This document shows positions 54,027-64,000 of a DNA stretch of 64,000 nucleotides, one piece after another. Every line of letters begins with the position of its first letter. The first letter of the stretch is position 1. The notes under the pieces were generated by a model that saw only the letters and a list, made by a program, of their open reading frames with translations, made no database searches and was not told the DNA's origin. The stretch is from positions 96,001 to 160,000 of the forward strand of contig CAWBMV010000001.1 in NCBI GenBank assembly GCA_963789955.1, given 5' to 3'. Position numbers and translations under genes: made by a program. Origin of the DNA: an uncultured Candidatus Rokubacteria bacterium. Lineage in GTDB: Bacteria; Methylomirabilota; Methylomirabilia; Rokubacteriales; CSP1-6.

Positions 54027-54519
54027 ATGGCGCTCGATCGCGCGAAGCGACAGGCGCTCATCCAGCAGTACGCCGATGGTCCCGCTCGCCTCCGCGCGGC
54101 GCTCGGCAAGGTGCCGCCGCCGGCGCTCAAGTGGCGGCCGGCACCGAACGAGTGGTCGGCTCACGAAGTGATCTGCCACTGCGCCGACTCGGAGACCAAC
54201 GCCTACGCGCGCATCCGGTTCCTCGTCGGCCGAGAAGAGCGCGAGCATCCAGGGCTACGACGAGGCCAACTGGGCGAGGGTGTTCGCCTATCACGACTTG
54301 CCGCTCGAGCCCGCGCTCGCCGTGGTCGAGGCCGTGCGCGCGACCACCGCCGCGCTGATCCGCGGCTTGCCCGACGATGCGTGGACGCGGGTCGGGACCC
54401 ACACGGAGTCCGGGCGCTACGGCGCCGAGGATTGGCTGCAGATCTACGCCGATCACCTCGAGATCCATTCGCGACAGATCGAGAACAACCTCGAGCTCTG
54501 GAAGAAGCAGCCGCGCTAG
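54027..54519 (+). CDS. DinB family protein; frameshift ~54235
   Basis: WSAHEVICHCADSE, HLEIHSRQI. Confidence 0.85.
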
Positions 54520-54531
54520 CGCGGCCGGCCC

Positions 54532-55254
54532 TCAGCCCCGTACGAGCAGCACCAGCCCCGAGAGCAGGATCATCACGAAGATCAGCTGACGGAAGCGACG
54601 CGGGTCCACGCGGTCGAACAGGAGCACGCCGGCGATCGCGCCGGCGGCCGCGGGCGCCGCGAATCCCAGGGTGAGACTCCACACCTGGCGCGTGAGCAGC
54701 CCGGCCCACCAGTAACCGATCAGGATCGCGCCCTGGTTCACGACGAAGAAGGCCTGGAGGTTGGCCTTGACGGCCCGCGCGCTCCAGCCCTGCGTCGCCG
54801 CGTACAGCACCGCCGGCGGGCCGGGCAGGCCGACGGCGCCGCCGATCGCGCCGGCGAGGACTCCGGCGCCGACGCCCCACCGGCGACCTTCGAGCTTGCG
54901 AGGATAGAGCCCGCGCGCTTCGAGCACGAACGCGACGACGAGCATCAGGCCGATGAGACGATTCAAGGCGCTCGGGGGTAGCGCGGCGAGTCCCCACACG
55001 CCGAGCGGCGTGCCGGCGATCGTCCCGATCAGGAGATCGAGGATCGCGCGCGGCTCGACGTCGTGCCGGAGCTGAACGAGCATCGCCGCCGACATGACGG
55101 CGGCGTAGATCGTCAGCAGCACGATCGCGTCCGAGGCCGACATCAGATACGGCAGGAAGGCGAGCGCGATCAGCGCGATCCCGAAGCCGGCGAGCCCCAT
55201 GACGAAGCTCGCCGCGGCGATGACGGCGGCGGCCACCGCCCACGCGACCGTCAC
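54532..55254 (-). CDS. Sulfite exporter TauE/SafE family membrane protein
   Basis: GLAGFG and GLPGPP motifs, multiple TM helices. Confidence 0.82.
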   Translation of the reverse strand: MTVAWAVAAAVIAAASFVMGLAGFGIALIALAFLPYLMSASDAIVLLTIYAAVMSAAMLVQLRHDVEPRAILDLLIGTIAGTPLGVWGLAALPPSALNRLIGLMLVVAFVLEARGLYPRKLEGRRWGVGAGVLAGAIGGAVGLPGPPAVLYAATQGWSARAVKANLQAFFVVNQGAILIGYWWAGLLTRQVWSLTLGFAAPAAAGAIAGVLLFDRVDPRRFRQLIFVMILLSGLVLLVRG

Positions 55255-55264
55255 GGCGTGGGAA

Positions 55265-56140
55265 TCAGTCGCGCGATGGCGAGGACGGGCGCGAGCGCCA
55301 CCACGGATAGAACGGCGGCAGGTCGGCGCTCGGCCGCAAGGTGAACCGCGCCGGACGCTTGTCGAGGAACGCCGCGATACCCTCGCGGGCGTCGGCGGAG
55401 CGTCCGGTCCAGAACATCCCCTGCGAGTCCAGCAGGTGAGCCTCGATCGGGTGGTCGGCGCCGAGGAGCTTCCACATCATCTGCCGGGCCAGGGTCACCG
55501 AGATCGCGGAGCTGTTGTCGGCGATCTCGCGGGCCAGCTGGCGCGCGGCCGGGAGCAGCGCCTCCGGCGCGACGACGCGGCTCACGAGCCGCCCGGCCAG
55601 GGCCTCCTCGGCGCTGAAGACGCGCCCGGTGTAGACCCACTCGGCGGCCTGGCTGATGCCGACGAGCCGCGGCAGGAACCACGTGCTGCAGGCCTCGGGC
55701 ACGACGCCACGCCGGGCGAAGACGAAGCCGATGCGCGCCGCCGAGGACGCGATGCGGATGTCCATCGGGAGCGTCAAGGTGATTCCAAAGCCGACGGCCG
55801 GGCCGTTGATCGCCGCGATCACCGGCTTCTTCATGTCGAAGATGCGCAGGGTCACGGTGCCGCCGCCGTCGCGATGCTCCTCGGCGGTGACGGCGCGGCC
55901 GCGCGCGGCGGTGTCGAACGTCGAGCCGCCGGAGCCGAGATCGGCGCCCGCGCAGAACGCGCGGCCCGCGCCGGTGACGATGACGGCGCGCACGTTGTCG
56001 TCGGCGTCGGCGCGGTCCCACGCCTCGCGGAGCTCGCTCAGCATCGTCGTGGTGACGGCGTTGAGGCGATCCGGACGGTTCAAGGTGACCGTGCAGACTC
56101 CGTCCTCGACGTCGTAGCGGATCTCGGAAAAGGTCGTCAC
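55265..56140 (-). CDS. Enoyl-CoA hydratase/isomerase (crotonase)
   Basis: LNRPDRLNA, AFCAGADL, AAINGPAVG. Confidence 0.92.
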   Translation of the reverse strand: MTTFSEIRYDVEDGVCTVTLNRPDRLNAVTTTMLSELREAWDRADADDNVRAVIVTGAGRAFCAGADLGSGGSTFDTAARGRAVTAEEHRDGGGTVTLRIFDMKKPVIAAINGPAVGFGITLTLPMDIRIASSAARIGFVFARRGVVPEACSTWFLPRLVGISQAAEWVYTGRVFSAEEALAGRLVSRVVAPEALLPAARQLAREIADNSSAISVTLARQMMWKLLGADHPIEAHLLDSQGMFWTGRSADAREGIAAFLDKRPARFTLRPSADLPPFYPWWRSRPSSPSRD

Positions 56141-59112
56141 TGCTCGATCTGGAACTCGATACGACCTTCGGTCACGTCGTCACTAGGCGCCGCCTTGGCG
56201 GTGCCGGGGATCAACCGCTCGGCGGGGATGCCTTCGTTCTTCACGAGGGCTTCACGGACCGCCGCGACGCGGCGCTCGAGCAGCTCGCTCATGAGAGCGT
56301 CGGGAGCGGGCTCGCGCTCGCGCAACGCCGCCAGCTTCGCCTCGCCCGATTCGGGCGGCGGGACGCCGGGCAGCTCCTCCTTGAACGCGGCGGCGACGGC
56401 GGCGCCGAAGTCCGGCAGCTTGCGATCCTTCTGCAGCCGCTGGATTCTCACGGTGACCTCTTGCTCCTTGAGACTCTCGAGGTCGCGCGGCGCCGCCACC
56501 GGAGTCAGCGCGAACTTGATCATCGGCGTCTTGCGCAGGAAGCCCGCGACGTCCGTCAGGTGCTTGCCCATCTCGGGGTCCACGTCCGCGCTGCCGGCGG
56601 CGAACGTCACGGGATCGACCTGCAGTTCGTCGAGCGGGTCGCCCTTGCCCTTGAAGGCTCTGCTGATCGCGCGGAACGGTGCGGCGACGATGTTGGTGAG
56701 GGCGTTCTTGAGCGCGGTCCAGATGGCGTCGCTCGGGTCCGCCTTCACGTGGTCGAGCTCGCCGGAGATCGGGACGTTGACCTGGATGCCGTTGTCCGCG
56801 TCCGTGACGAGCGCGACGATCATGCCGAGCGGCAGGCCGATCTTCTTCTTTACCTCGTCGTTCTGTCGGGTGGGCGCAACGGTCAGGTTCCTGACGATGA
56901 TCTCGTTGTCGGCCGTCAGCTGATTCTTCTCGACCCGGTAGTGGACCTTGAGCGCGAGCTGACCCGTCTTCATCGCCCACGCGATGACCGGATCGGCGTA
57001 CGGGTTCACGGTCGTCAGCTTGAAGTCGCGGAGCTCACCCGCCAGATCGGCGTAGATCTCGCCGAACGGCGCGATCTCACCCTTGAGGTCGAACGCCGAG
57101 CTCCCGCCGATGACCGCCTGCGTCGAGATCCGCGCGCGGCGGCCGGGTGTCGAGCTGAGGCCCTCGATCGTCAGCGCGAGCCGCGAGACCGTCTCGGTGA
57201 AGGGCGGCGTCGTGGTGCGGTCGACGAACTGCGCGTGGCCCTCCTCGATGACGAACATGCCGACTTCGACGGGAATCGGGATCGGCCCCGATTGGGGCTG
57301 CGCCGAGGACGGCGGCGGCGAGGCATCCTTCTTCGGCGCTTCAGGCTTCGCCGCTTCGGGCTTGGCCGCCTTGGCCTTGGCTGGGTCGGTCTCGAACAGC
57401 TTCTTGAGCGAGATGACCCCGTCCTTGTCGCGCTCGACGCGAATGTCCGGCTTCGTCAGGCTGATCCTCGAGACCTTCGCGTACTTCGGCCACGAGAAAT
57501 CGATCCCGTCGAGCCGCAGCCGCTGGAAGCTCGCCGTCGGCGTCTTGTCGCCCGGCGCCAGGATCGCGAACTTCTCGATCCAGTTCTTTCCGCGCGACGT
57601 CGCGGTGAGCGTGCCGTTGTCCAGGGTCACGTGATTGTGGTTGTCGCCGTAGAAGGTGCCGACGAATCGCGCCTTGATCGGGAAGTAGGCCTGGAACGGC
57701 TCGATCGAGCCATCGCGCAGGCTCAAGTCGAAGTCGATGTCGAACGGCAGCGGCGTGACCGATCCTTTCATCTCGACTCGCCCGGACTTCGGCATGTTCA
57801 TCGAGACCGCAAAGGCCGCCGGACCGGTCACCGGCCAGGTGATGTCCTTCACGTCCGCCGACAGGTCGGTGATCGTGAGCGTCGTGAGGGGCTTGACGGC
57901 CTCGTCCTTGAAGCCGAGCTCGGCTTTCCGCAGCGCGATCTGCTCGACTTTCACCTTGAAGTCGGAGCGGGCCGGCTCGGCCGCCGCGGGCGGGGCGGAG
58001 TCGGCCGCCGCCGGTCGGGCGGGTTCGGCCGCGGCCGATCGAGCGGACCGGGCGGCGACCGGCTCGCCGCTTTTCGCCGAATCCGATGGGCCGGCGAGCG
58101 CCAGGAGATCGATGCGCTCCTGAGCGTCGCGGACCGCCCGGAGCGAGAGCCCTTCGACGCCGAGGGAGCCGATCGTCACCGCGCGCGCGACGAGGTCGGC
58201 ATCTTTGATCTCGAGGTCGAGGCGCGGAATCTTGAGGAACGGCTCGGTCTTGCCGGTCTGAAAGACCTCGAGGCCCGCCGTCGTCACCTTGCCCTGGACG
58301 CGCCCACTCTTGAGCCCTGCCGGACTCAGCTCGATGGCCGCGGCCATCGCGAGACTGACCTTGCCGGTCCGGGGTGCGGCCGGGACACTCGGAGGCAGAT
58401 ACGCCTGAACCGGAGCGACGTCGAAGCCCTCGACGGTGGCGCGCGCCTTCGCCGCCAGCGGGGCGAGCACGAGCGAATCGCTCGTGACCGTGATCGGCGC
58501 GTCGTTGAGCTTGAAGCTCAGCTGGAGGCGGCCGGGCCGCGCACCGGGCCCGAACATCAGATTGTTCGCGGCGAGGTTCAGATCGTCGATTCGCCAGACG
58601 CTCTGGGGTGAGGTGGTCTGATCGCGCGCGACGCCCGCCAGACGCTGGACGGTCACCCGTTCCAGGGTCACGACCCACTTCGAGGGCTCCTTGGACGTCT
58701 TGGACGGCTCGGTGCCTTTGAGGCGATCCAGGATGTCGGAGAAGTCGAATTCCGTCGGGCCGCGGCGCAGAACCTGGATCTTCGGATCCACGACCGTGAC
58801 CTCGGTGACGCGCACGTGGTGAACGAAGAACGGCAGATAGTCGAGGCGCACGTCGATGCGCTCGATGTCGTACGCGCGCTCGTTGGTGCCGGCCTTCTGG
58901 ACCTTCACGCCCTTGAGCGCGAGGTGACCCGTGAAGACGTTCAGATCGACGTCGTCCAGGAGCAGGACGCGGCCGGTGAGCTTGGGGACCTGGGCGATCG
59001 CGACGCGGCGCACGATCTCGGGCAGCACGGCCAGAAACACGCCGCCGAGCACGATCACGGCCGCGACGATGCCGATCAGGATCTTGAGCCGGCGGCCGGA
59101 GACGCGAAACAT
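56137..59112 (-). CDS. DUF748 / AsmA-like beta-rich envelope protein with OmpA-like C-terminal region
   Basis: N-terminal TM anchor, repeated beta segments, LPLGMIVALVTD, VTFAAGSA. Confidence 0.78.
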   Translation of the reverse strand: MFRVSGRRLKILIGIVAAVIVLGGVFLAVLPEIVRRVAIAQVPKLTGRVLLLDDVDLNVFTGHLALKGVKVQKAGTNERAYDIERIDVRLDYLPFFVHHVRVTEVTVVDPKIQVLRRGPTEFDFSDILDRLKGTEPSKTSKEPSKWVVTLERVTVQRLAGVARDQTTSPQSVWRIDDLNLAANNLMFGPGARPGRLQLSFKLNDAPITVTSDSLVLAPLAAKARATVEGFDVAPVQAYLPPSVPAAPRTGKVSLAMAAAIELSPAGLKSGRVQGKVTTAGLEVFQTGKTEPFLKIPRLDLEIKDADLVARAVTIGSLGVEGLSLRAVRDAQERIDLLALAGPSDSAKSGEPVAARSARSAAAEPARPAAADSAPPAAAEPARSDFKVKVEQIALRKAELGFKDEAVKPLTTLTITDLSADVKDITWPVTGPAAFAVSMNMPKSGRVEMKGSVTPLPFDIDFDLSLRDGSIEPFQAYFPIKARFVGTFYGDNHNHVTLDNGTLTATSRGKNWIEKFAILAPGDKTPTASFQRLRLDGIDFSWPKYAKVSRISLTKPDIRVERDKDGVISLKKLFETDPAKAKAAKPEAAKPEAPKKDASPPPSSAQPQSGPIPIPVEVGMFVIEEGHAQFVDRTTTPPFTETVSRLALTIEGLSSTPGRRARISTQAVIGGSSAFDLKGEIAPFGEIYADLAGELRDFKLTTVNPYADPVIAWAMKTGQLALKVHYRVEKNQLTADNEIIVRNLTVAPTRQNDEVKKKIGLPLGMIVALVTDADNGIQVNVPISGELDHVKADPSDAIWTALKNALTNIVAAPFRAISRAFKGKGDPLDELQVDPVTFAAGSADVDPEMGKHLTDVAGFLRKTPMIKFALTPVAAPRDLESLKEQEVTVRIQRLQKDRKLPDFGAAVAAAFKEELPGVPPPESGEAKLAALREREPAPDALMSELLERRVAAVREALVKNEGIPAERLIPGTAKAAPSDDVTEGRIEFQIEQ

Positions 59113-59128
59113 CAGACCTCCACGAGGA

Positions 59129-59404
59129 TCAGCTCGAGCGCTGGTACCCGGCGCTCGTCATGCAGTCACTGAATGCATTAGCCTGCCGCGACTCCTGAAC
59201 CGCAATACGACCAACGTCGAGGAGGCCGCCCAGGATCAGATCCGGCCCCGGCCCGATCTCGAACGCCTTTCGCGCGCATTCCGTTTCGATCAGGGACACC
59301 TCCGTGAACATGGCCCCGGGCTTCTGCCACTCGGTTCCCCGCAGATCCAGGGTGCAACCCGTGAGCAGCAGCACCGCCGCCGGCAGCGCGACCAAGGCTC
59401 GCAT
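59129..59404 (-). CDS. Small lipoprotein
   Basis: LTGC lipobox; C...CM..GY pattern; GGAG RBS. Confidence 0.7.
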   Translation of the reverse strand: MRALVALPAAVLLLTGCTLDLRGTEWQKPGAMFTEVSLIETECARKAFEIGPGPDLILGGLLDVGRIAVQESRQANAFSDCMTSAGYQRSS

Positions 59405-59540
59405 GAGCTCTCCTCCCGTATGGAGCCTAGAGGATACCAGGGAATCGCTCGGGCGGGCCGGCACGCGCCGATCGGGCAATTCACCCGAGCCGCGAGCTCG
59501 CGGCGCGCCAAAAACGCTCGAATTCGATCCGTTCGGTGAG

Positions 59541-59556
59541 TGGCACGGAGCCTGCT
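59541..59556 (+). promoter_or_regulatory. Sigma54 promoter
   Basis: TGGCACG-GAGC-CTGCT, followed by GGAGG RBS and ATG 59585. Confidence 0.7.
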
Positions 59557-59584
59557 ATCTCGATGCGATCGAGGAGGACGGGTC

Positions 59585-59788
59585 ATGGCACTGGTTAACC
59601 TGATCGCGTACGTGGTCGTGTTCGGACTTCCGATCTGGCTCGTGACCGAAGAGATCGTTCACCGGCTCCTCGCGGCACGGAAGGTCGAGGTGCCTGCGCC
59701 GGCGCCGGCCGCGGCTCCGGCCGCCACGTCCGCCGGTCTCGAGCGGCGCGCCCCCGAGGGCGCGCGCGCTCACGCATCGTTCGTCTAG
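59585..59788 (+). CDS. Small single-TM membrane protein
   Basis: MALVNLIAYVVVFGLPIWLV, strong RBS. Confidence 0.65.
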   Translation: MALVNLIAYVVVFGLPIWLVTEEIVHRLLAARKVEVPAPAPAAAPAATSAGLERRAPEGARAHASFV

Positions 59789-59967
59789 TCCGGCCCGGGC
59801 CGGTTTCACCGGCCCTCTCGCGCGCCGCAGGCCGCCCGTTGTAGAGTGGGCGCACTCCGAACCGGAAAGGAGTGTGCCACGCGATGGGCGGATGAGCGCC
59901 CCACCGCTCGCGACCACAGCGACGTCCTGAAGTTCCTCGAACGCATCCAGGGTAGGAGGAGAGGCCA

Positions 59968-60409
59968 ATGTTGAGCGAGTTCAAGACGTTCATCATGCGC
60001 GGCAACGTGGTCGACCTCGCGGTCGGCGTGATCATCGGCGCCGCGTTCGGCACCATCGTCACTTCGCTCGTCAACGACGTCTTGATGCCGCCGATCGGGC
60101 AGGCTCCTCGGCGGCGTGGACTTCAAGGACTTCTTCGTCAGCCTGTCGGGCCAGTCCTTTCCGACGCTCGCCGCAGCAAAGGCCGCCGGCGCCCCGACCC
60201 TCAACTACGGCGTGTTCCTGAACGCGGTGATCAACTTCGCCATCGTCGCGTTCGCGGTGTTCCTGCTGGTCCAGCAGGTGAATCGGCTGTTCCCGAAGCC
60301 GGCCGGACCGGCGGCGCCGGCGATGAAGGAGTGCGCATGGTGCGCGTCGTCGATTCCGGCCGCGGCCAAGCGGTGCCCGCACTGCACGTCGAATCTCTCG
60401 GGCGCCTGA
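59968..60409 (+). CDS. mscL: Large-conductance mechanosensitive channel with C-terminal zinc ribbon; frameshift ~60100
   Basis: [36 protein letters not shown]...CPHC. Confidence 0.93.
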
Positions 60410-60460
60410 GCGGAGACTGGAACGACACGAGCGACCGGGCTTCGGCGGCCCGGTGACGCC

Positions 60461-61445
60461 GTGACCGACGTCGGCGCGACGAGTCTCGAGGATCCGTTCG
60501 AGGAGCTGTTCGCCCGCGGCGTGACCGATGGTCTCCCTGCCGTCCCACCGACGCGCGCTCGGGTCGAGGCAGCGATCGCGGCGTCCGGCCGCCCCCGCGA
60601 CGAGCTGATCGCGCTGGTGGCGCCCGCATTCGGGCGCGCGACCGTCGAGCGCATCGCGGTGAACGCGGTGATGGCCGGCTGCCGACCGGAATACATGCCG
60701 GTCGTGATCGCGGGTGTCGAGGCGCTGTGCGACGAGGGATTCAGCCTCGTCGGAATCTCCGGCACGACCGACGCGATCGCGCCCGTCTTCATCGTGAACG
60801 GACCCGTGCGGGACGCGCTCGGCATCAACTCCGGTGCGGGAGCGCTCGGCCCGGGCTACCGCGCGAACGCGACGATCGGCCGCGCGCTGCAGGCTGGTCT
60901 GGGTGAATCTCGGCGGGGCCCGCGCCGGGGCCATCAGCATGTCGACGTTCGGCAATCCCGGCCGCTATGCGTGCTGCTTCGGCGAGCACGAAGAGGCGAG
61001 TCCGTGGCCGCCTCTTCACGTCGAGCACGGCTTCGCCGCGGATGACAGCACCGTCGCCGCGCTGCCGGGGGAGCCACTTCAGGCGGTCGTCGACGGCCAG
61101 AGCCGGACCGCCGCCGATGTCCTCGACACGGTCGCGCGCAGCCTCGAGGTCGTCGCGAGCCACCGCACGGCCTCGCTCGGCGACACCTTGCTCCTCGTGT
61201 CGCCGATGCACGCGCGGACCATCGCGGCCGACGGCTGGTCGAAGGCCGATGTCCGCCGGTATCTCTGGGAGCGCCTCGAGGCGCGACGCCAGGGCCCCGC
61301 CCCGAAATTCCGCGCGCCGGAGCACCTGAAGCTGGTCGTCGCGGGCGGCGCCGCCGGGCCGTTCACCGCGCTGATCCCCGGCTGGCCCTTCGCCGACTCG
61401 CCGTCGCGTCTCGTGCTCAAGAAGATCAGCGCGCCCAGCCGGTGA
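60461..61445 (+). CDS. Conserved hypothetical protein (TDGLP..PPT family); frameshift ~60890
   Basis: TDGLPAVPPT, IAVNAVMAGCRPEY, ANATIGRAL, VVAGG. Confidence 0.7.
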
Positions 61446-62650
61446 CATATCCTCACGGCCTGCGCGCGCTGAATCACGACGAGTTTCGCCGCTTTTACTT
61501 CTCGCAGTTCGCGGCGCAGATCGGAAGCTGGATGCAGAACGTGGCGCAGGCCTGGCTCGTCCTGCAGCTCACGGACTCGCCCTTCAAGCTCGGCCTGCTC
61601 GCGACGCTCCAGTTCTCGCCGGTGCTGCTCTTTTCCATCGTCAGCGGCGCGGTGGCCGACCGCTTGCCGAAGCGGCCGCTGCTGGTCGCCACCCAGACGA
61701 CGCTCGCGTGTCAGGGGCTGCTGCTGGCACTCCTGGTGACGACGGGTCACGTCGAGTACTGGCACGTCGCGGTGCTGGGGCTCTTCCTCGGCTTCGCCAA
61801 CGTCGTCGATCAGCCCGCGCGCCAGTCGTTCGTGATGGAGCTGGTGGGCCGGGCCGACGTGTCGAGCGCCGTCGCGCTCAACTCCGCCGGGTTCAACCTC
61901 GCCCGGATCATCGGGCCGGCGATCGCCGGCGTCGTGATCGGACGCTTCGGAGTCGGGCCGACGTTCTTCGTCAACGGGCTCGGGTTCGTCGGCGTCATCG
62001 TCACCCTCTTGCGGATGAAGGCGCGCGGCATGCCGTCGTCGGCGCCGCGCGCGTCGATCTTCGAAGAGATCGCGGAGGGCGTGCGCTATGCCGCGGGTAC
62101 GCCGCGGCTCCGGCTCGCCATCGGGCTCGTCTTCGTGGTGAGCCTCTGCGTCTTCAACTTCAGCGTGTACGTGCCGCTCCTGGCCAAGAACGTGCTCGGG
62201 CTCGGCGCCGAGGGCTTCGGCTTTCTGATGGCGTCGCTCGGCGTCGGGGCGGTCGGAGGCGCGCTCACCGTCGGCGCGCGCGCGTCGCGCTACCCGTCGG
62301 TGCGGTCGATGCTCGTGTCGGGGACTCTGGCGTTGTGCATGCTGCTGGCGCTCGGCGTGACCCGCCGCATCGAGCTGGCGGTGCCGCTGCTCTTCTTCAC
62401 CGGTTACTGGGGCATCATGCTGATGGCGAGCTGCAACACGTCGATCCAGCTCCAGGCGCCCGACGGGCTGCGGGGCCGCGTGATGAGCATCTACACGTGG
62501 GTCTCGGGCGGAGTCTTTCCGATCGGCGCGTTCATCGTCGGCACGATCTCGCAGTGGTGGGGCGTGTCGGTGGCGTTCCTCTGGAACGGCACCCTCGGCC
62601 TCGTCGCCGTGGCCGCGCTCGGCCTCTGGTGGCGCTACCGGCGAGACTGA
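61442..62650 (+). CDS. MFS transporter
   Basis: ~12 TM helices, GAVADRLPKR motif A, LRGRVMS. Confidence 0.9.
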   Translation: MTYPHGLRALNHDEFRRFYFSQFAAQIGSWMQNVAQAWLVLQLTDSPFKLGLLATLQFSPVLLFSIVSGAVADRLPKRPLLVATQTTLACQGLLLALLVTTGHVEYWHVAVLGLFLGFANVVDQPARQSFVMELVGRADVSSAVALNSAGFNLARIIGPAIAGVVIGRFGVGPTFFVNGLGFVGVIVTLLRMKARGMPSSAPRASIFEEIAEGVRYAAGTPRLRLAIGLVFVVSLCVFNFSVYVPLLAKNVLGLGAEGFGFLMASLGVGAVGGALTVGARASRYPSVRSMLVSGTLALCMLLALGVTRRIELAVPLLFFTGYWGIMLMASCNTSIQLQAPDGLRGRVMSIYTWVSGGVFPIGAFIVGTISQWWGVSVAFLWNGTLGLVAVAALGLWWRYRRD

Positions 62651-62660
62651 CGGCGGTCGT

Positions 62661-64000
62661 CTACTTCTTCGGGTAACCCCGCGTGCCGAGCGCCTCGGTG
62701 ATCTCGGCGAGAATCACCGGGTCGTCGATCGTCGCCGGCGCGACGTACTCCTGGCCGTCGGCGATCTTCTTCATCGTCCCGCGCAGGATCTTGCCCGAGC
62801 GCGTCTTCGGGAGCCGCTTGACCACGAGCGCGGTCTTGAACGAGGCGACCGGACCGATGCGCTCGCGAACCTTCTCGACCAGCTCCCGGACGATCTCGCC
62901 CTCGTCGCGCGCGACTCCGGCCTTGGTGACGACGAAGCCGACGGGCACCTCGCCCTTGATCTCGTCCGCGACGCCGACGACCGCGCACTCGGCCACGTCG
63001 GGATGGCCGGCCAGCACCTCTTCCATCGCGCCGGTCGAGAGGCGATGTCCGGCGACGTTGATGATGTCGTCCACCCGACTCATGATGTAGACGTAGCCGT
63101 CCGAGTCCTTGTAGCCCGCGTCGCCGGTCAGATAGTGGCCGGGATGCTTCGCGAGATAGGACTTCTCGTACCCGGCGTCGTTGTTCCACAGGGTCGGCAG
63201 GCATCCCGGGGGCAGCGGCAGGCGGATGGCCACCGAGCCGATCTGGCCCGCGGGCATCTCCTGGTTGTCCTCACCGAGCACGCGGACGTCGTAGCCCGAG
63301 ACCGGTTTCGTGGGCGAGCCCGGCTTCACCGGGAGCATGCCGAGGCCGACGCAGTTCGCCGCGATGGGCCACGCCGTTTCCGTCTGCCACCAGTGATCGA
63401 CCACGGGCACGTGGAGCCGATCCTCGGCCCAGTGGAGCGTGTCGGGGTCGCAGCGCTCGCCGGCGAGGAACAAGGTGCGGAACCGCGCGAGGTCGTACTT
63501 CGTCATGTACGTCCCTCGAGGGTCTTCCTTCTTGATCGCGCGAAACGCCGTCGGCGCCGTGAAGAGCGCGTTCACGCCGTGGTCGGCGATGACGCGCCAG
63601 AACGCGCCGGGATCCGGTGTGCCCACCGGCTTGCCCTCGTAGAGGATCGTGGTGCAGCCCTTCAGCAGCGGCGCGTAGACGATGTACGAGTGGCCGACGA
63701 CCCAGCCGATGTCCGAGGCGGCCCAGAACGTTTCCCCGGCTCCCATGCCGTAGACGGCGTTCATCGACCACTTGAGCGCGACGGCGTGACCGCCGTTGTC
63801 GTGCACGACACCCTTGGGGATTCCCGTGGTGCCCGACGTGTACAGGATGTAGAGGGGATCCGTGGCGAGGACCGGCACGCAGTCGACGGGGGCCGCGGCG
63901 GCCAGCGCCTCGTTCCAGTCGAGGTCGCGCCCGCGGACCATCGGCGCGGCCTCCTGCGGCCGCTGCAAGATCACGCAGCGCGTGACCTTGTGCTGCGCCA
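62661..64000 (-). CDS. prpE: Propionyl-CoA synthetase (5' partial)
   Basis: YTSGTTGIPKG, DHWWQTE, AGHRLSTG, LPKTRSGKILR. Confidence 0.9.
   Translation of the reverse strand, partial: AQHKVTRCVILQRPQEAAPMVRGRDLDWNEALAAAAPVDCVPVLATDPLYILYTSGTTGIPKGVVHDNGGHAVALKWSMNAVYGMGAGETFWAASDIGWVVGHSYIVYAPLLKGCTTILYEGKPVGTPDPGAFWRVIADHGVNALFTAPTAFRAIKKEDPRGTYMTKYDLARFRTLFLAGERCDPDTLHWAEDRLHVPVVDHWWQTETAWPIAANCVGLGMLPVKPGSPTKPVSGYDVRVLGEDNQEMPAGQIGSVAIRLPLPPGCLPTLWNNDAGYEKSYLAKHPGHYLTGDAGYKDSDGYVYIMSRVDDIINVAGHRLSTGAMEEVLAGHPDVAECAVVGVADEIKGEVPVGFVVTKAGVARDEGEIVRELVEKVRERIGPVASFKTALVVKRLPKTRSGKILRGTMKKIADGQEYVAPATIDDPVILAEITEALGTRGYPKK

Noticed and set aside
59864..59879. Minus-strand sigma54 promoter TGGCACACTCCTTTCC
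   Set aside because: Lacks the conserved GC at -12, and no gene start lies close downstream

Overview
GC-rich bacterial chromosomal window. Sequence style and gene content suggest a soil Rokubacteria/Methylomirabilota-like organism (inference). About 20 genes carry scattered single-base frameshifts, which look like uncorrected long-read errors, so they are annotated as whole genes. No rRNA, tRNA, CRISPR array, transposase or integrase was seen. Contents in order: (1) an acyl-CoA ligase + LIV-type ABC operon, interrupted by an antisense RHH/MazF toxin-antitoxin cassette and followed by a MetE-like gene, phosphoketolase and acetate kinase; (2) a ~14 kb minus-strand run of ALS-like ThDP enzyme, ACAD10/11-type dehydrogenase, ComDE-like decarboxylase, hydantoinase/oxoprolinase A+B, SDR, lipoprotein NirK-cytochrome c fusion, and a CoxL/G/S/M-like molybdenum hydroxylase with an atypical AYRCFG loop; (3) a zinc-less plant/fungal-type Fpg, a Fic islet, 3-hydroxyanthranilate dioxygenase, nudC, pepP and a 37-bp perfect inverted-repeat element; (4) the best candidate for a little-described system at 44.4-51.8 kb: TPR/Sel1 lipoprotein, membrane CHASE2-sigma54 activator, sigma54 promoter, OmpA-like protein, VIT-vWA protein with an LGQGAT sorting-signal-like tail, and a class GN sortase; (5) thiolase, Rid, crotonase, DUF748 protein, mscL with a zinc-ribbon tail, MFS and partial prpE.
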